From IMG/VR virus record IMGVR_UViG_2531839180_000001: a DNA stretch of 33,339 bases, one strand, 5' to 3'. A model generated the notes under the pieces. The model did not search any database, had not been told where the DNA came from, and worked only from the letters and a program-made list of their open reading frames with translations. This DNA comes from a virus (taxonomy: Duplodnaviria; Heunggongvirae; Uroviricota; Caudoviricetes). A program made the position numbers and the translations under genes. Shown piece after piece: positions 1-8,390 of this stretch; positions within the stretch are counted from its first letter, which is position 1, and each line of letters begins with the position of its first letter.

Positions 1-178
1 GTGACATCACCCCCCCCCGGATCATGGACGACTGGGGGCAGTAATCATGCCGGGTCTGGCTGGCTAACACCCCATTATAAGGGGTACGAATAAAGTAACG
101 GGGCCATGCTTACCTTAATAATCGATCTGTTAAACAGATAGATATTGATTTATCTATCGATTAAAACGATCAATACCA

Positions 179-207
179 TTGACAACTGTGTGGGATTTTG
201 TAGGATC
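179..207 (+). promoter_or_regulatory. candidate sigma70 promoter (TTGACA, 16-bp spacer, TAGGAT) with a GATC overlapping the -10
   Basis: TTGACA at 179-184 and TAGGAT at 201-206 read directly; GATC at 204-207; upstream of the 385..663 ORF. Confidence 0.3.
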
Positions 208-384
208 GGTCACGATATGACCACTTTGTTTGTGTGTCATGCATAGGAAAACGCCCCAATAGCGGTAACTATTGGGGCGCCAAAGAAAACGAGGTGTCAT
301 CTACCTCTTGAGCTCGCCAGAATCGTATTTTCTGTGTGTGCCCATGTAAAGATGAACACCTCATTTTATTGAGGTAAATCAAAT

Positions 385-663
385 ATGGGTATAAAGATTT
401 GTAAAAATTCCCACCGATACAACCCCCAATACTCACACCTTCCCGATAACCAGGGGCAAACAGGCCGCCACCGCTGCGCAGCATGCGCATACGAGCTTGG
501 TGTACTTCACGCAATGATCGGTATTCCTAAAGCTAAAGATGATTCCTTCCTGGCAAATATTCCATATAGCCAGGCTGGCACAGTCAGACATAAAGACGCT
601 TTTGAGGCATACATGCTTGGGTACGACTATGCAATGAGCAGTGCTCTGCTCAAAGTTGCGTAA
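385..663 (+). CDS. hypothetical small protein (92 aa), prophage accessory gene at cos-proximal end
   Basis: ORF track 385..663; GAGGT about 9 nt upstream of ATG; Cys/His-containing N-terminal half (CKNSHRY...HRCAACAYELG); no family recognised. Confidence 0.4.
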   Translation: MGIKICKNSHRYNPQYSHLPDNQGQTGRHRCAACAYELGVLHAMIGIPKAKDDSFLANIPYSQAGTVRHKDAFEAYMLGYDYAMSSALLKVA

Positions 664-729
664 CGATTTTTGCTTTTTCACCACCTCAACAATGGTTGGC
701 GAGGTGGTTCTTCTGAAAAGGATAATCAA

Positions 730-1017
730 ATGACTGATATCAAAAGAAGCGACTTATTTTATGACGATTACAGTTGGACTGTTTTGCCAGGAGACGATCC
801 CACGAAAACCGCTACAGACCGCACTCGTTTCAGCCGTAAAGAAGGTTACGAGGTGTTAAGCATGCTTAACTCATTAAAAGAATTATCCCATAGAGAAAAA
901 CTCATTGCGGAGTGGATGATTCACGAGCATTTGCCGTCAAACATCCAAGGAAGGGAACAGGTAAAAAAATGGTTAAAGGATAACTTCTCTGAACTTAAGT
1001 CCCGTTACCCGCGATAA
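730..1017 (+). CDS. hypothetical small protein (95 aa)
   Basis: In frame with track ORF 670..1017; ATG at 730 chosen because AAGGA lies 7 nt upstream; no family recognised. Confidence 0.4.
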   Translation: MTDIKRSDLFYDDYSWTVLPGDDPTKTATDRTRFSRKEGYEVLSMLNSLKELSHREKLIAEWMIHEHLPSNIQGREQVKKWLKDNFSELKSRYPR

Positions 1018-1046
1018 CACAAATCTATAAGGCGCTCAACAACTAA

Positions 1047-1091
1047 AACCCGGAACGGGTGCGCAAATTCTTTGTGCGCCCGTTCCGGGTT
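1047..1091. terminator. long hairpin (21-bp stem, 3-nt loop), probable bidirectional terminator between convergent units
   Basis: AACCCGGAACGGGTGCGCAAA / TTTGTGCGCCCGTTCCGGGTT; the two mismatches are G-U compatible; T-rich run on the minus-strand side. Confidence 0.5.
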
Positions 1092-1329
1092 GGACAAGCG
1101 AAGCGCGTCAGTCGCGCCAGGGTGAGCCCACATCGCAAATACGTTTATCGTTGAATTTAAGTGCATCAAACGTTATTTTTCGCTCGTAGACTGTATTTAA
1201 GATTTTGGGGATTCAGAGGCGGCTTCCCAAAAAAGTTGATACCGCCTAGTTGGTCACTTCGTCGTCAGACTGGGACTCCAACCACGCCAGCTGAGAGGTT
1301 GGCGCTACCTTACCCCCAAAAAAAGTCCA

Positions 1330-1656
1330 CTAACCCGCCTGCAACAACTCCAGCGCCATCTGTTTTTCTTCCGGACGCATTCGTTCAATCAGCAGCTTTA
1401 ACACGCCATTCTCCAGCCCACTGGGCACCAGTGTGTGCGAGTAGGTCAGGTTCATCACCCAGGTGTGCCCGCACTCGAGACGGGTGCAACGGTAATAAAC
1501 ATCAGCAAACTGATCGGTTTTCCAGGCTGTTTTCTCAATGACTGCATGTGCACCACAGCAGTGACACCGCGCTTTCTGTCTGCGCATTTTCCACCTCCCG
1601 GAACAGCGTTTTACTGCTGCTGATTTTACCTGCTCCTTATCCATGTCGCACATCAC
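1330..1656 (-). CDS. Ogr/Delta-family zinc-finger late transcription activator (GTG start)
   Basis: C-x2-C, 22 residues, C-x4-C spacing (CHCC...YYRCTRLEC) matches the P2 Ogr / P4 Delta zinc finger; overlaps the portal gene stop by 4 nt. Confidence 0.55.
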   Translation of the reverse strand: MMCDMDKEQVKSAAVKRCSGRWKMRRQKARCHCCGAHAVIEKTAWKTDQFADVYYRCTRLECGHTWVMNLTYSHTLVPSGLENGVLKLLIERMRPEEKQMALELLQAG

Positions 1657-2687
1657 TCCGTGGATTCGTTAAATTCAAGAACAAATTCCACCTCCCCCAG
1701 TCGCCGGATATCCGGGTCGCTGTTGATCCCCTCCATAATCAGGCGGCGCATCGGGATAACCTCATCGCGGTAATAGGCCTCACGGGATTTCAGCGGATCA
1801 CCAAGACCAGCAGTGTTAGCAGGAATGATGCCGGCAAGCCCGGGTGGAAAACGGTGTGCCACGAGCTGATCCTGGGCACTGATGGTTTTTATATTCAGGA
1901 ACTCATCTTTTGTACCTGAATCCCCGATAGGGATCACCTTAACGCCTTCTTTGTCTCCGCCCGGTATATTGATAAACATGGATTTAAAATTGCCCGCCCC
2001 TTTTGACGCCTCTATCTTTTTACGGAATTCCGCCTCGAGCTCGGGATCCATGTCCGGGTCAGTGGAATACAGGATATAACCAAGATGTGCGCCGTTCTTG
2101 TAATACTTGCGGCGAAAGCGGGTGGCATCCACATTCAGCATGGCGGATTCCATCCCGTGAATATAATCCGGGACACCGTAAACCTGCTGTTGCGGGTCAT
2201 AAATGGCCACGAACACCGCTTCGCCTGGCGGGTAAACGAGATCTTCCAGTGCCGCCTGCACAATCACCGTGCCACCCTCGTTGTTACGCCGCAGGTACAG
2301 AGAAGGTAACGTATGCAGGCGCACCACCCGACCGAAGCCATTGCGCACTTTAAGCAACCCCATATCCCCGAATATCAGCAGATTGGTTACTGCTGCCGCC
2401 ATGGCGGCGTGTGTCATACCACCACCACCCCGAAAACCCTGCATGATCATATTGACGCGCGCACGCAATACCGCGCCGTGATACGGTGCGATATTGGCCA
2501 ACATGGCGAGATCCATGCGCTCAATGGGCGGCGTGTACCAGCCGTTATAGCCATCCCAGAGCGAGCCGTAATAACAGCCCCATGCAGCGACCGGTTCCGG
2601 GTCACCAAATTCAATAAACGTCATTTTGCTGGCTGTTTTTTTTGCCACGCCATCGTGTAGCACGGGGGATTTTTTCTTTTTACTCAT
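1653..2687 (-). CDS. portal protein (P2 gpQ-like, 344 aa)
   Basis: Length and position immediately downstream of the terminase ATPase gene, as in P2 Q-P; overlapping coupled genes. Confidence 0.85.
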   Translation of the reverse strand: MSKKKKSPVLHDGVAKKTASKMTFIEFGDPEPVAAWGCYYGSLWDGYNGWYTPPIERMDLAMLANIAPYHGAVLRARVNMIMQGFRGGGGMTHAAMAAAVTNLLIFGDMGLLKVRNGFGRVVRLHTLPSLYLRRNNEGGTVIVQAALEDLVYPPGEAVFVAIYDPQQQVYGVPDYIHGMESAMLNVDATRFRRKYYKNGAHLGYILYSTDPDMDPELEAEFRKKIEASKGAGNFKSMFINIPGGDKEGVKVIPIGDSGTKDEFLNIKTISAQDQLVAHRFPPGLAGIIPANTAGLGDPLKSREAYYRDEVIPMRRLIMEGINSDPDIRRLGEVEFVLEFNESTE

Positions 2688-4467
2688 CTGACAGGATCCA
2701 TGTTGATTTGCGCTTGTGCTTATAGTTCAGGGGTTCATTACTTGCGGCATGAGCTATGGCAAAGAAGATGTCAGCGTGCCCGGTTTCTTCGCTACGTTCA
2801 GCGGTAAAAGTAACTTTATTGCCACTGTTGGTGGATTCCTGACGAATGGCCAGAAATGATGCCGGAATATCCGTGGCTTCCTCATCCCACTCAATACGGT
2901 TGGCGTAAATCAGATCCAGCATCTTCATCACCAGACGGTTTTTGGATTCAACGCTGTAATGAATGGCCACTGTTTCACGGCGGGCAAATCCCTGAACCAG
3001 CTCAAAGACACCATAGCCAAGCCCGGTGACGTCAATGCCGATAAACGTCATGTTATAGCGCGCCTTAATGCTGCGGATACGCTCTGCCATAAACTGGAAT
3101 GACATGCTGCGCCAGTGGTGTTTTTCCAGCACGCGGAATCGTTCTGCCGCAACCAGCGGCGGTGACAGCACCACAAACGTGGCGTTATCGCCGGAGCGTG
3201 CAGGGTCAAAGCCCCCCCACACTTCACGGTTTCCAAATGGCATGGCATCTTCCGGGTGAAAATCCTCCCACGTACTGACATCAACGCCACAGCGCACGAG
3301 GTCATCGAATTTAAAGACGCTCTCTTTGTCATCCACAAACACGCACATGAACAGCATATTGAACGCTGTTTCGTTGTACCGCTCGCGCAGCTCGTTGATG
3401 TCAGCAAGGTTAAAGCCGCCGGCAATGGCATCTTCCAGCGTAACCACATAGCGCCACTGACCATCAGGGCATTCGCGCCCGCCATCGCGCAGTTCATCAA
3501 AGGACGGGAACTCAACCCCTTTTCGTTTCGGGTCACCTTTGCGCCATTCATCGCCAGACCAGAACGGGTAACCCTGGTGTGTTTTGGATGACGGCGTGGA
3601 GAAATAGGTAATGCGCCAGTGCGAGTGGGTAGCCATACCGGATGCCACTTCATTGAGACGACGAAAACCGGGGATCCACAGATATTCGTCAATATACAGG
3701 TGGCCGCTGTTTGACTGTGCCGTATTGCTGTTGGTCGCCAGAAAATACAGTTCAGCCAGATTGCTTAACTTAACCGGATTGCCTTTAATGGGGATGCCAA
3801 ATTCCGTTTGTGCAATTTTTACAATATAAGTACGGAACACTTCGGCCTGACGTTTTGATGCCGATAAAAATATCTGTGTGTCGCCGGTTAATACCGCATC
3901 TTCAAACGCCTCAAACGCGAAGTAATACGTCGCCCCAATCTGGCGGGATTTAAGCAGGTTCCGTACACGGCGGAATTTGTTTTCACGCAGGCGCAACTGA
4001 TAAGCAAACAGTTTCTTCGTAAACGGCTCAAAACTTTCAGCAGTCAGTCCGGAAACGTCATTAGTTTTGCGGGGACGCTCTTTCTTACCTGCACCTTTTT
4101 CTCCGCGTTCTTCTTTTCCATAACGGCCAGGCTGGGGGATGTCCACTCCCATTCGCGCAATCTCAGCCATTCGTTCCGTGTGCTTGTTTCTGACCGACAT
4201 TAGTTTGACGTGATGACCAATCAGGCGGTCGAGTTCATCGTGTTCTTCCGGCGTTTTATGGTCACGCTCCGCCAGTACAGCGAGACGCCGGGCGATAACA
4301 TCCTCCACACCTTCCGTATTGAGCTGCGTGTACCACTCAAACTTTGTCGCCCAGTAATAAACAATTCGCGGGCTGTTCAGTCCGAGTTTCTTTTGTATTT
4401 CTTTTGGTGTGTGCCTTTTCAGATAGAGCGATTTTGCAGCAGCAATCACCTCATCAGAATACGCCAT
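2680..4467 (-). CDS. terminase ATPase / large subunit (P2 gpP-like, 595 aa)
   Basis: 595 aa; Walker-A-like segment; divergent from the scaffold-capsid operon exactly as P2 P versus O-N-M-L. Confidence 0.9.
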   Translation of the reverse strand: MAYSDEVIAAAKSLYLKRHTPKEIQKKLGLNSPRIVYYWATKFEWYTQLNTEGVEDVIARRLAVLAERDHKTPEEHDELDRLIGHHVKLMSVRNKHTERMAEIARMGVDIPQPGRYGKEERGEKGAGKKERPRKTNDVSGLTAESFEPFTKKLFAYQLRLRENKFRRVRNLLKSRQIGATYYFAFEAFEDAVLTGDTQIFLSASKRQAEVFRTYIVKIAQTEFGIPIKGNPVKLSNLAELYFLATNSNTAQSNSGHLYIDEYLWIPGFRRLNEVASGMATHSHWRITYFSTPSSKTHQGYPFWSGDEWRKGDPKRKGVEFPSFDELRDGGRECPDGQWRYVVTLEDAIAGGFNLADINELRERYNETAFNMLFMCVFVDDKESVFKFDDLVRCGVDVSTWEDFHPEDAMPFGNREVWGGFDPARSGDNATFVVLSPPLVAAERFRVLEKHHWRSMSFQFMAERIRSIKARYNMTFIGIDVTGLGYGVFELVQGFARRETVAIHYSVESKNRLVMKMLDLIYANRIEWDEEATDIPASFLAIRQESTNSGNKVTFTAERSEETGHADIFFAIAHAASNEPLNYKHKRKSTWILSDE

Positions 4468-4661
4468 AAATAAACCTCACCTGCTGATGCAATTTTAATT
4501 TGTGCATTTTCAGCAAAGGCTTTTTTAAAAACGAATATCGCTTTTCGGTATTTTTCGGATATATGCGCATATCCGAAAGTACCGGAAATTAATCAGATGA
4601 CGACGTTTTCATTTCTCCGTTAAATAACGCCAGTTTAATTTTTATCAGCGGATTAATTCAG
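4468..4661. promoter_or_regulatory. divergent late promoter region between terminase and scaffold operons; 10-bp inverted repeat with 6-bp spacer at 4553-4578
   Basis: AT-rich 194-bp intergenic region; TTTCGGATAT-ATGCGC-ATATCCGAAA dyad; duplicated TTAATNCAGATGACGA motif at about 4589 and 4653. Confidence 0.5.
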
Positions 4662-5558
4662 ATGACGAAGCAGAAAACAGACTGGGTTGTGGTTGCCACA
4701 TCAGGCCCCACCATCGACGGTCGGGAAATTGATCCGAAGTGGCTGACGGATGCCGCCGAGGTTTACAACCCGGACGAGCGAGCCGCCATGCTCTGGCCAT
4801 ATCACGCCGATTCCGGATGGCGTGCCTTCACCAATAACTACGGCATTGTTGATGCCCTGAAAGTCGAAAAATTTGGTGAAAAGGTGCAGCTTAAAGCACG
4901 CCTGATCCCAAATCGCTTCCTGATTGAAGCCAATAAGGCCGGGCAGAAACTTTTTACCTCCATTGAAGTGCGGGAAAACTATCTGGGCACAGGCAAATTC
5001 TTTGTGTCCGGTATCGCCGTGACGGATACCCCAGCCAGCATTAACACTACACGCCTGCAGTTTTCCATGGGGGAAGCCATCCATATGGGCAACGCAGAGG
5101 CGCTGAATTTTACGCTGCAGCCTGATGATGAGCAGGCCAAGCGCAACTTCTTCTCCCGCTTCTTCTCATCTGACAATCACCAACAGGGAATTTACCAAGC
5201 CATGAACGAAGAACAGTTCAGCCAGTTAATGGGTGCCATTAATAAAACCAGTGAACGCCTGGACGAGCTGGAAAAAAACGTCGCGCAGTTCAGCGCGAAG
5301 GATGCCCCGAAAGATACCGGTGATAACAAGCCGGAAGGCAGCACCGGCGATCAGGGGCAGGACAACGCAGAACAGAACAACAAGGACGACAAAACCTTCA
5401 CGCTGACCACCGAGCAGGGCGAAAAGCTGTTCTCCACAGTGAACGCCATCGCGGAGAAGGTTACCAGTATGGAAACCGCATTTGCTGAACTCAGCAAGGA
5501 CGCCACGAAGCTGCCGGGCAACAATCCGGCCGGTGGCGAAACTTTTAACCTGGTGTAA
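4662..5558 (+). CDS. capsid scaffolding protein (P2 gpO-like)
   Basis: 298 aa; first gene of the head operon upstream of the major capsid gene; acidic low-complexity C-terminal half. Confidence 0.8.
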   Translation: MTKQKTDWVVVATSGPTIDGREIDPKWLTDAAEVYNPDERAAMLWPYHADSGWRAFTNNYGIVDALKVEKFGEKVQLKARLIPNRFLIEANKAGQKLFTSIEVRENYLGTGKFFVSGIAVTDTPASINTTRLQFSMGEAIHMGNAEALNFTLQPDDEQAKRNFFSRFFSSDNHQQGIYQAMNEEQFSQLMGAINKTSERLDELEKNVAQFSAKDAPKDTGDNKPEGSTGDQGQDNAEQNNKDDKTFTLTTEQGEKLFSTVNAIAEKVTSMETAFAELSKDATKLPGNNPAGGETFNLV

Positions 5559-5572
5559 CCGGAGAGAATGCA

Positions 5573-6586
5573 ATGAACATGACACCAGAAGCACAAAAGC
5601 TGGTTAATCAGTACATCAGCGAACTGCAAAAAACATTCAGTGACTGCGGAAAATCAAGCGATCGTTTCTTTTCGCTGACCGAGCCACGCAGTATTGCTCT
5701 GCGTAAAGCCCTGCTGGAAAGCACGGAGTTTCTGAGTTTCATCACCTGCATGGACGTTCCGCACCCGCAGGGGCAGGTCGTCACCGTGGGAGAATCCACG
5801 CTGCGCACCGGTCGCGTGAAAAGCGGTCGTTTTGCTAAAGGTTCGGGCATCAAAGGCAACGAATTTAAACTCGTTGAAACTGATTCCTGCTGCGTGATCA
5901 CCTGGGAACAACTCGCCATCTGGGCGAATGCCGGCAGCCCGCAGGAATTTTTCAACCTGATGAACTCCGCCGCCGTCACCAACTTTGCGCTGGATATGCT
6001 GCGCATTGGCTTTAACGGTAAAACAGCAGCGGAAAACTCTGACCCGGAAAGTCACCCGAACGGCGAAGACGTCAACATCGGCTGGCATGAAATCGCCAAA
6101 AAATGGGGAGAACAGCCCGGCAACACCTCCCGTATTCTGACAGACGCCGTTACCCTGGGCGAAGGCGGCGATTATGTCGGTCTTGATGCCATGGCCTCAG
6201 ATCTGATCCGCACTTATATCCCGGCGCAATATCACAACGATCCTCGCCTTACTGTGCTGGTTGGCGCAGACCTTGTGGCTGCTGAAGAACTACGCCTCTA
6301 CAACAAAGAGGACAAGCCCACCGAAAAAGTGGCCGCACAGTTGCTGACGAAGAACATTGCGGGCCGCAAGGCCATCATTCCGCCGTTTATGCCGGGCAAA
6401 CGTATGGTGGTGACCATGCTGCCAAACCTGCAGATCCTGACGCTGAAAGGCTCCCGCCGCCGCAAGGCAGAAGATGTGGGCGATCGCAAACAGTTCGAAA
6501 ACTCATACTGGCGTTATGAGGGGTACGCCCTGGGCGATCCGGATTTATATGCTGCCGTGGATGAGTCTGCGGTCACCATCGCCTGA
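5573..6586 (+). CDS. major capsid protein (P2 gpN-like)
   Basis: 337 aa; shares motif blocks with P2 gpN as I recall it (AGFNGK, GGDYVGLDA, DPRLTVLVG). Confidence 0.85.
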   Translation: MNMTPEAQKLVNQYISELQKTFSDCGKSSDRFFSLTEPRSIALRKALLESTEFLSFITCMDVPHPQGQVVTVGESTLRTGRVKSGRFAKGSGIKGNEFKLVETDSCCVITWEQLAIWANAGSPQEFFNLMNSAAVTNFALDMLRIGFNGKTAAENSDPESHPNGEDVNIGWHEIAKKWGEQPGNTSRILTDAVTLGEGGDYVGLDAMASDLIRTYIPAQYHNDPRLTVLVGADLVAAEELRLYNKEDKPTEKVAAQLLTKNIAGRKAIIPPFMPGKRMVVTMLPNLQILTLKGSRRRKAEDVGDRKQFENSYWRYEGYALGDPDLYAAVDESAVTIA

Positions 6587-6603
6587 TAAACGGAGCGCAC
6601 GGT

Positions 6604-7314
6604 ATGCCAACGCCAATGCAGCGACAACGTGCCCGACAGATGGATGAGCGCCGTGCGGCGCTCATGACCAGAACGGACGGGCGCGCCGTCAGCACAGAGA
6701 GTCAGCACATTAAGCTGCTGGCACTGGATAACGATGTCAGACAACTGCACAACATGGAGCTGCTGTCTGACAAGCTGGAATTCAAGCGGAACACGCTGCT
6801 GCCCCGCTGGCTGCCACACGCACAGGCTTATCTGGAGGGGGAACGCGTCTATCAGAATCCCATTCTGGTGTACTGCATCATCTGGCTGTTCGATACCGGG
6901 CAGTTTGAGATGGCGCTGCGGTGGGCTGACATTGCCATTGAGCAGGGACAAAAGACGCCGGAGAACTTCAAAAGCGAGCTGCCAACGTTTGTGGCCCATT
7001 TCATTCTTGAATGGGCAGAAACCGAAGCTGAACGCGGGAGCAGTATCGCGCCATATTTTCAGCAGGTGTTTGAAAAAATCCGCGACAAATGGCGCGTGAA
7101 TGAACGCCTTGCTGCCCGCTACTGGCGCTTTGCAGGCATCCTGCTGCTGCGCGGCGATGACGGCAAGCCACAGGCCAGCGCAATTAACGATCCGGAGAGA
7201 CTGCAACAGGCCGACCAGTGTCTGGAACGGGCTGCCTGGCTGCATCCAAAAATTCAGGTGAAAACCCTGCGCCAGCGCATTGCCGCAAGACTGCGCGCGT
7301 TGCAGGGCACGTAA
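6604..7314 (+). CDS. terminase endonuclease / small subunit (P2 gpM-like)
   Basis: 236 aa; position after the capsid gene as in P2 O-N-M-L. Confidence 0.75.
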   Translation: MPTPMQRQRARQMDERRAALMTRTDGRAVSTESQHIKLLALDNDVRQLHNMELLSDKLEFKRNTLLPRWLPHAQAYLEGERVYQNPILVYCIIWLFDTGQFEMALRWADIAIEQGQKTPENFKSELPTFVAHFILEWAETEAERGSSIAPYFQQVFEKIRDKWRVNERLAARYWRFAGILLLRGDDGKPQASAINDPERLQQADQCLERAAWLHPKIQVKTLRQRIAARLRALQGT

Positions 7315-7412
7315 ACGACTCCCAACAACCGGGCGGGCGCGGTGGAGGTGTGCCGGCAAAAGCCATCAGCACACTGCGGAAACCGGTCAGCCCGCCTTTC
7401 CCCGGAGTGAGC

Positions 7413-7907
7413 ATGTTTGACGGGAAAAGCATTCACTATCAGCAGGCCATTATTCAGAACGATGGATTCTGGCCGGATATTGATGCCGGCGATTTTGAAA
7501 AGAGCCGCAGCATCCCCGCCGTCACGTCACACGAAACGGTGCTGACGGCGCTGCTTTGCGCGGTAACAGAGATTAACACTGAACTGGCTGCACGCCGTGA
7601 ATACTGGCAGGAACAGGGCCACATCCGGGCCGCTGATATTCCGGGGTACACCGTGTTGCAACCAGAGCCGCGCAATACGGATGCACAACCTGAACGGATG
7701 CAGAACCACATTACAGCACTGTACACCAAGGCTGTGTATGCCCGCGCAAAGGCCGATCTTTTGCCGGAATCTGCCAGCGTGGGGCGGCGCGAGGCGCAGC
7801 CATCATCAGAGGCCAGCGAAAGCCGCCGGACGTTGCTGGCTGAAGCGGCCATGGCGGTGCGGGCGCTGCTGGGCCGACCGCGTGCATCCATCGCGCTGAT
7901 TGATTAA
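7413..7907 (+). CDS. head completion / stabilisation protein (P2 gpL-like)
   Basis: In frame with track ORF 7218..7907; ATG at 7413 preceded by GGAG; about 164 aa, close to P2 gpL size and position. Confidence 0.65.
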   Translation: MFDGKSIHYQQAIIQNDGFWPDIDAGDFEKSRSIPAVTSHETVLTALLCAVTEINTELAARREYWQEQGHIRAADIPGYTVLQPEPRNTDAQPERMQNHITALYTKAVYARAKADLLPESASVGRREAQPSSEASESRRTLLAEAAMAVRALLGRPRASIALID

Positions 7908-7916
7908 GGAAATGGT

Positions 7917-8390
7917 ATGACGCAACTCGCCAGCCTGACGGCATTCATTGAAAACAATCTGCCGGCACGCGCACGCATTCCGTTCACCAGTGACATGGAT
8001 GACATCACGCTCGTTCCGTTTACGAAGTCGCTGGGGCACGGGCAGTTATGTACGCAGGTCCGAAAATATACGGCTTTTCTGCGATGGGACGCATGGCCCT
8101 ATCGTCAGCTCAATCCGGATTTGGTGTTTTCTCTGGTTGAAGCCTGGCTGGCAGACAACGGCGGCGACCTGCGCCAGCGCCTGGCACCGGATGCACCAGC
8201 CGTTGACGTCGAAGTGGATGATGAAAATGAAGTGGCATGGCTGGAAATCAGTCTGCCGCTGGTTGATCCCATCACCCTGGTTGAGGACGAAAACGGCCCC
8301 ATCCCCAGAGGCGGGAAACGTTACCAGCTGGAAAAGCCTGAAATCTGGGTGGCTCAGGCGCATCAGCTTCACTGCCAGGTGATGCCATGA
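7917..8390 (+). CDS. tail completion protein (gpR-like by size and position)
   Basis: 157 aa; follows the head completion gene and overlaps the next gene; assignment positional. Confidence 0.4.
   Translation: MTQLASLTAFIENNLPARARIPFTSDMDDITLVPFTKSLGHGQLCTQVRKYTAFLRWDAWPYRQLNPDLVFSLVEAWLADNGGDLRQRLAPDAPAVDVEVDDENEVAWLEISLPLVDPITLVEDENGPIPRGGKRYQLEKPEIWVAQAHQLHCQVMP

Noticed and set aside
125-139. Possible LexA (SOS) box
   Set aside because: CTGT and ACAG are separated by 3 nt, not the 8 nt of a LexA operator; kept only as an unexplained palindrome.
269-514. 81-aa minus-strand ORF
   Set aside because: Its 3' end falls inside the 254-281 hairpin and it overlaps the better-supported 385..663 gene on the other strand.
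1240-1330. tRNA gene or tRNA-derived attachment core
   Set aside because: No acceptor/T-arm signature (no GTTCGAAT-type T-loop) and no cloverleaf could be drawn.
1161-1541. 126-aa plus-strand ORF overlapping the Ogr-like gene
   Set aside because: Pro/Arg/Ser-rich and mostly antisense to the zinc-finger gene, with no RBS; the intergenic part is better explained by hairpin and cos-like sequence.
4468-4661. P2-type Ogr binding site (TGT-N12-ACA) in the late promoter region
   Set aside because: No exact TGT-N12-ACA element found on either strand; the dyad present has a different sequence.
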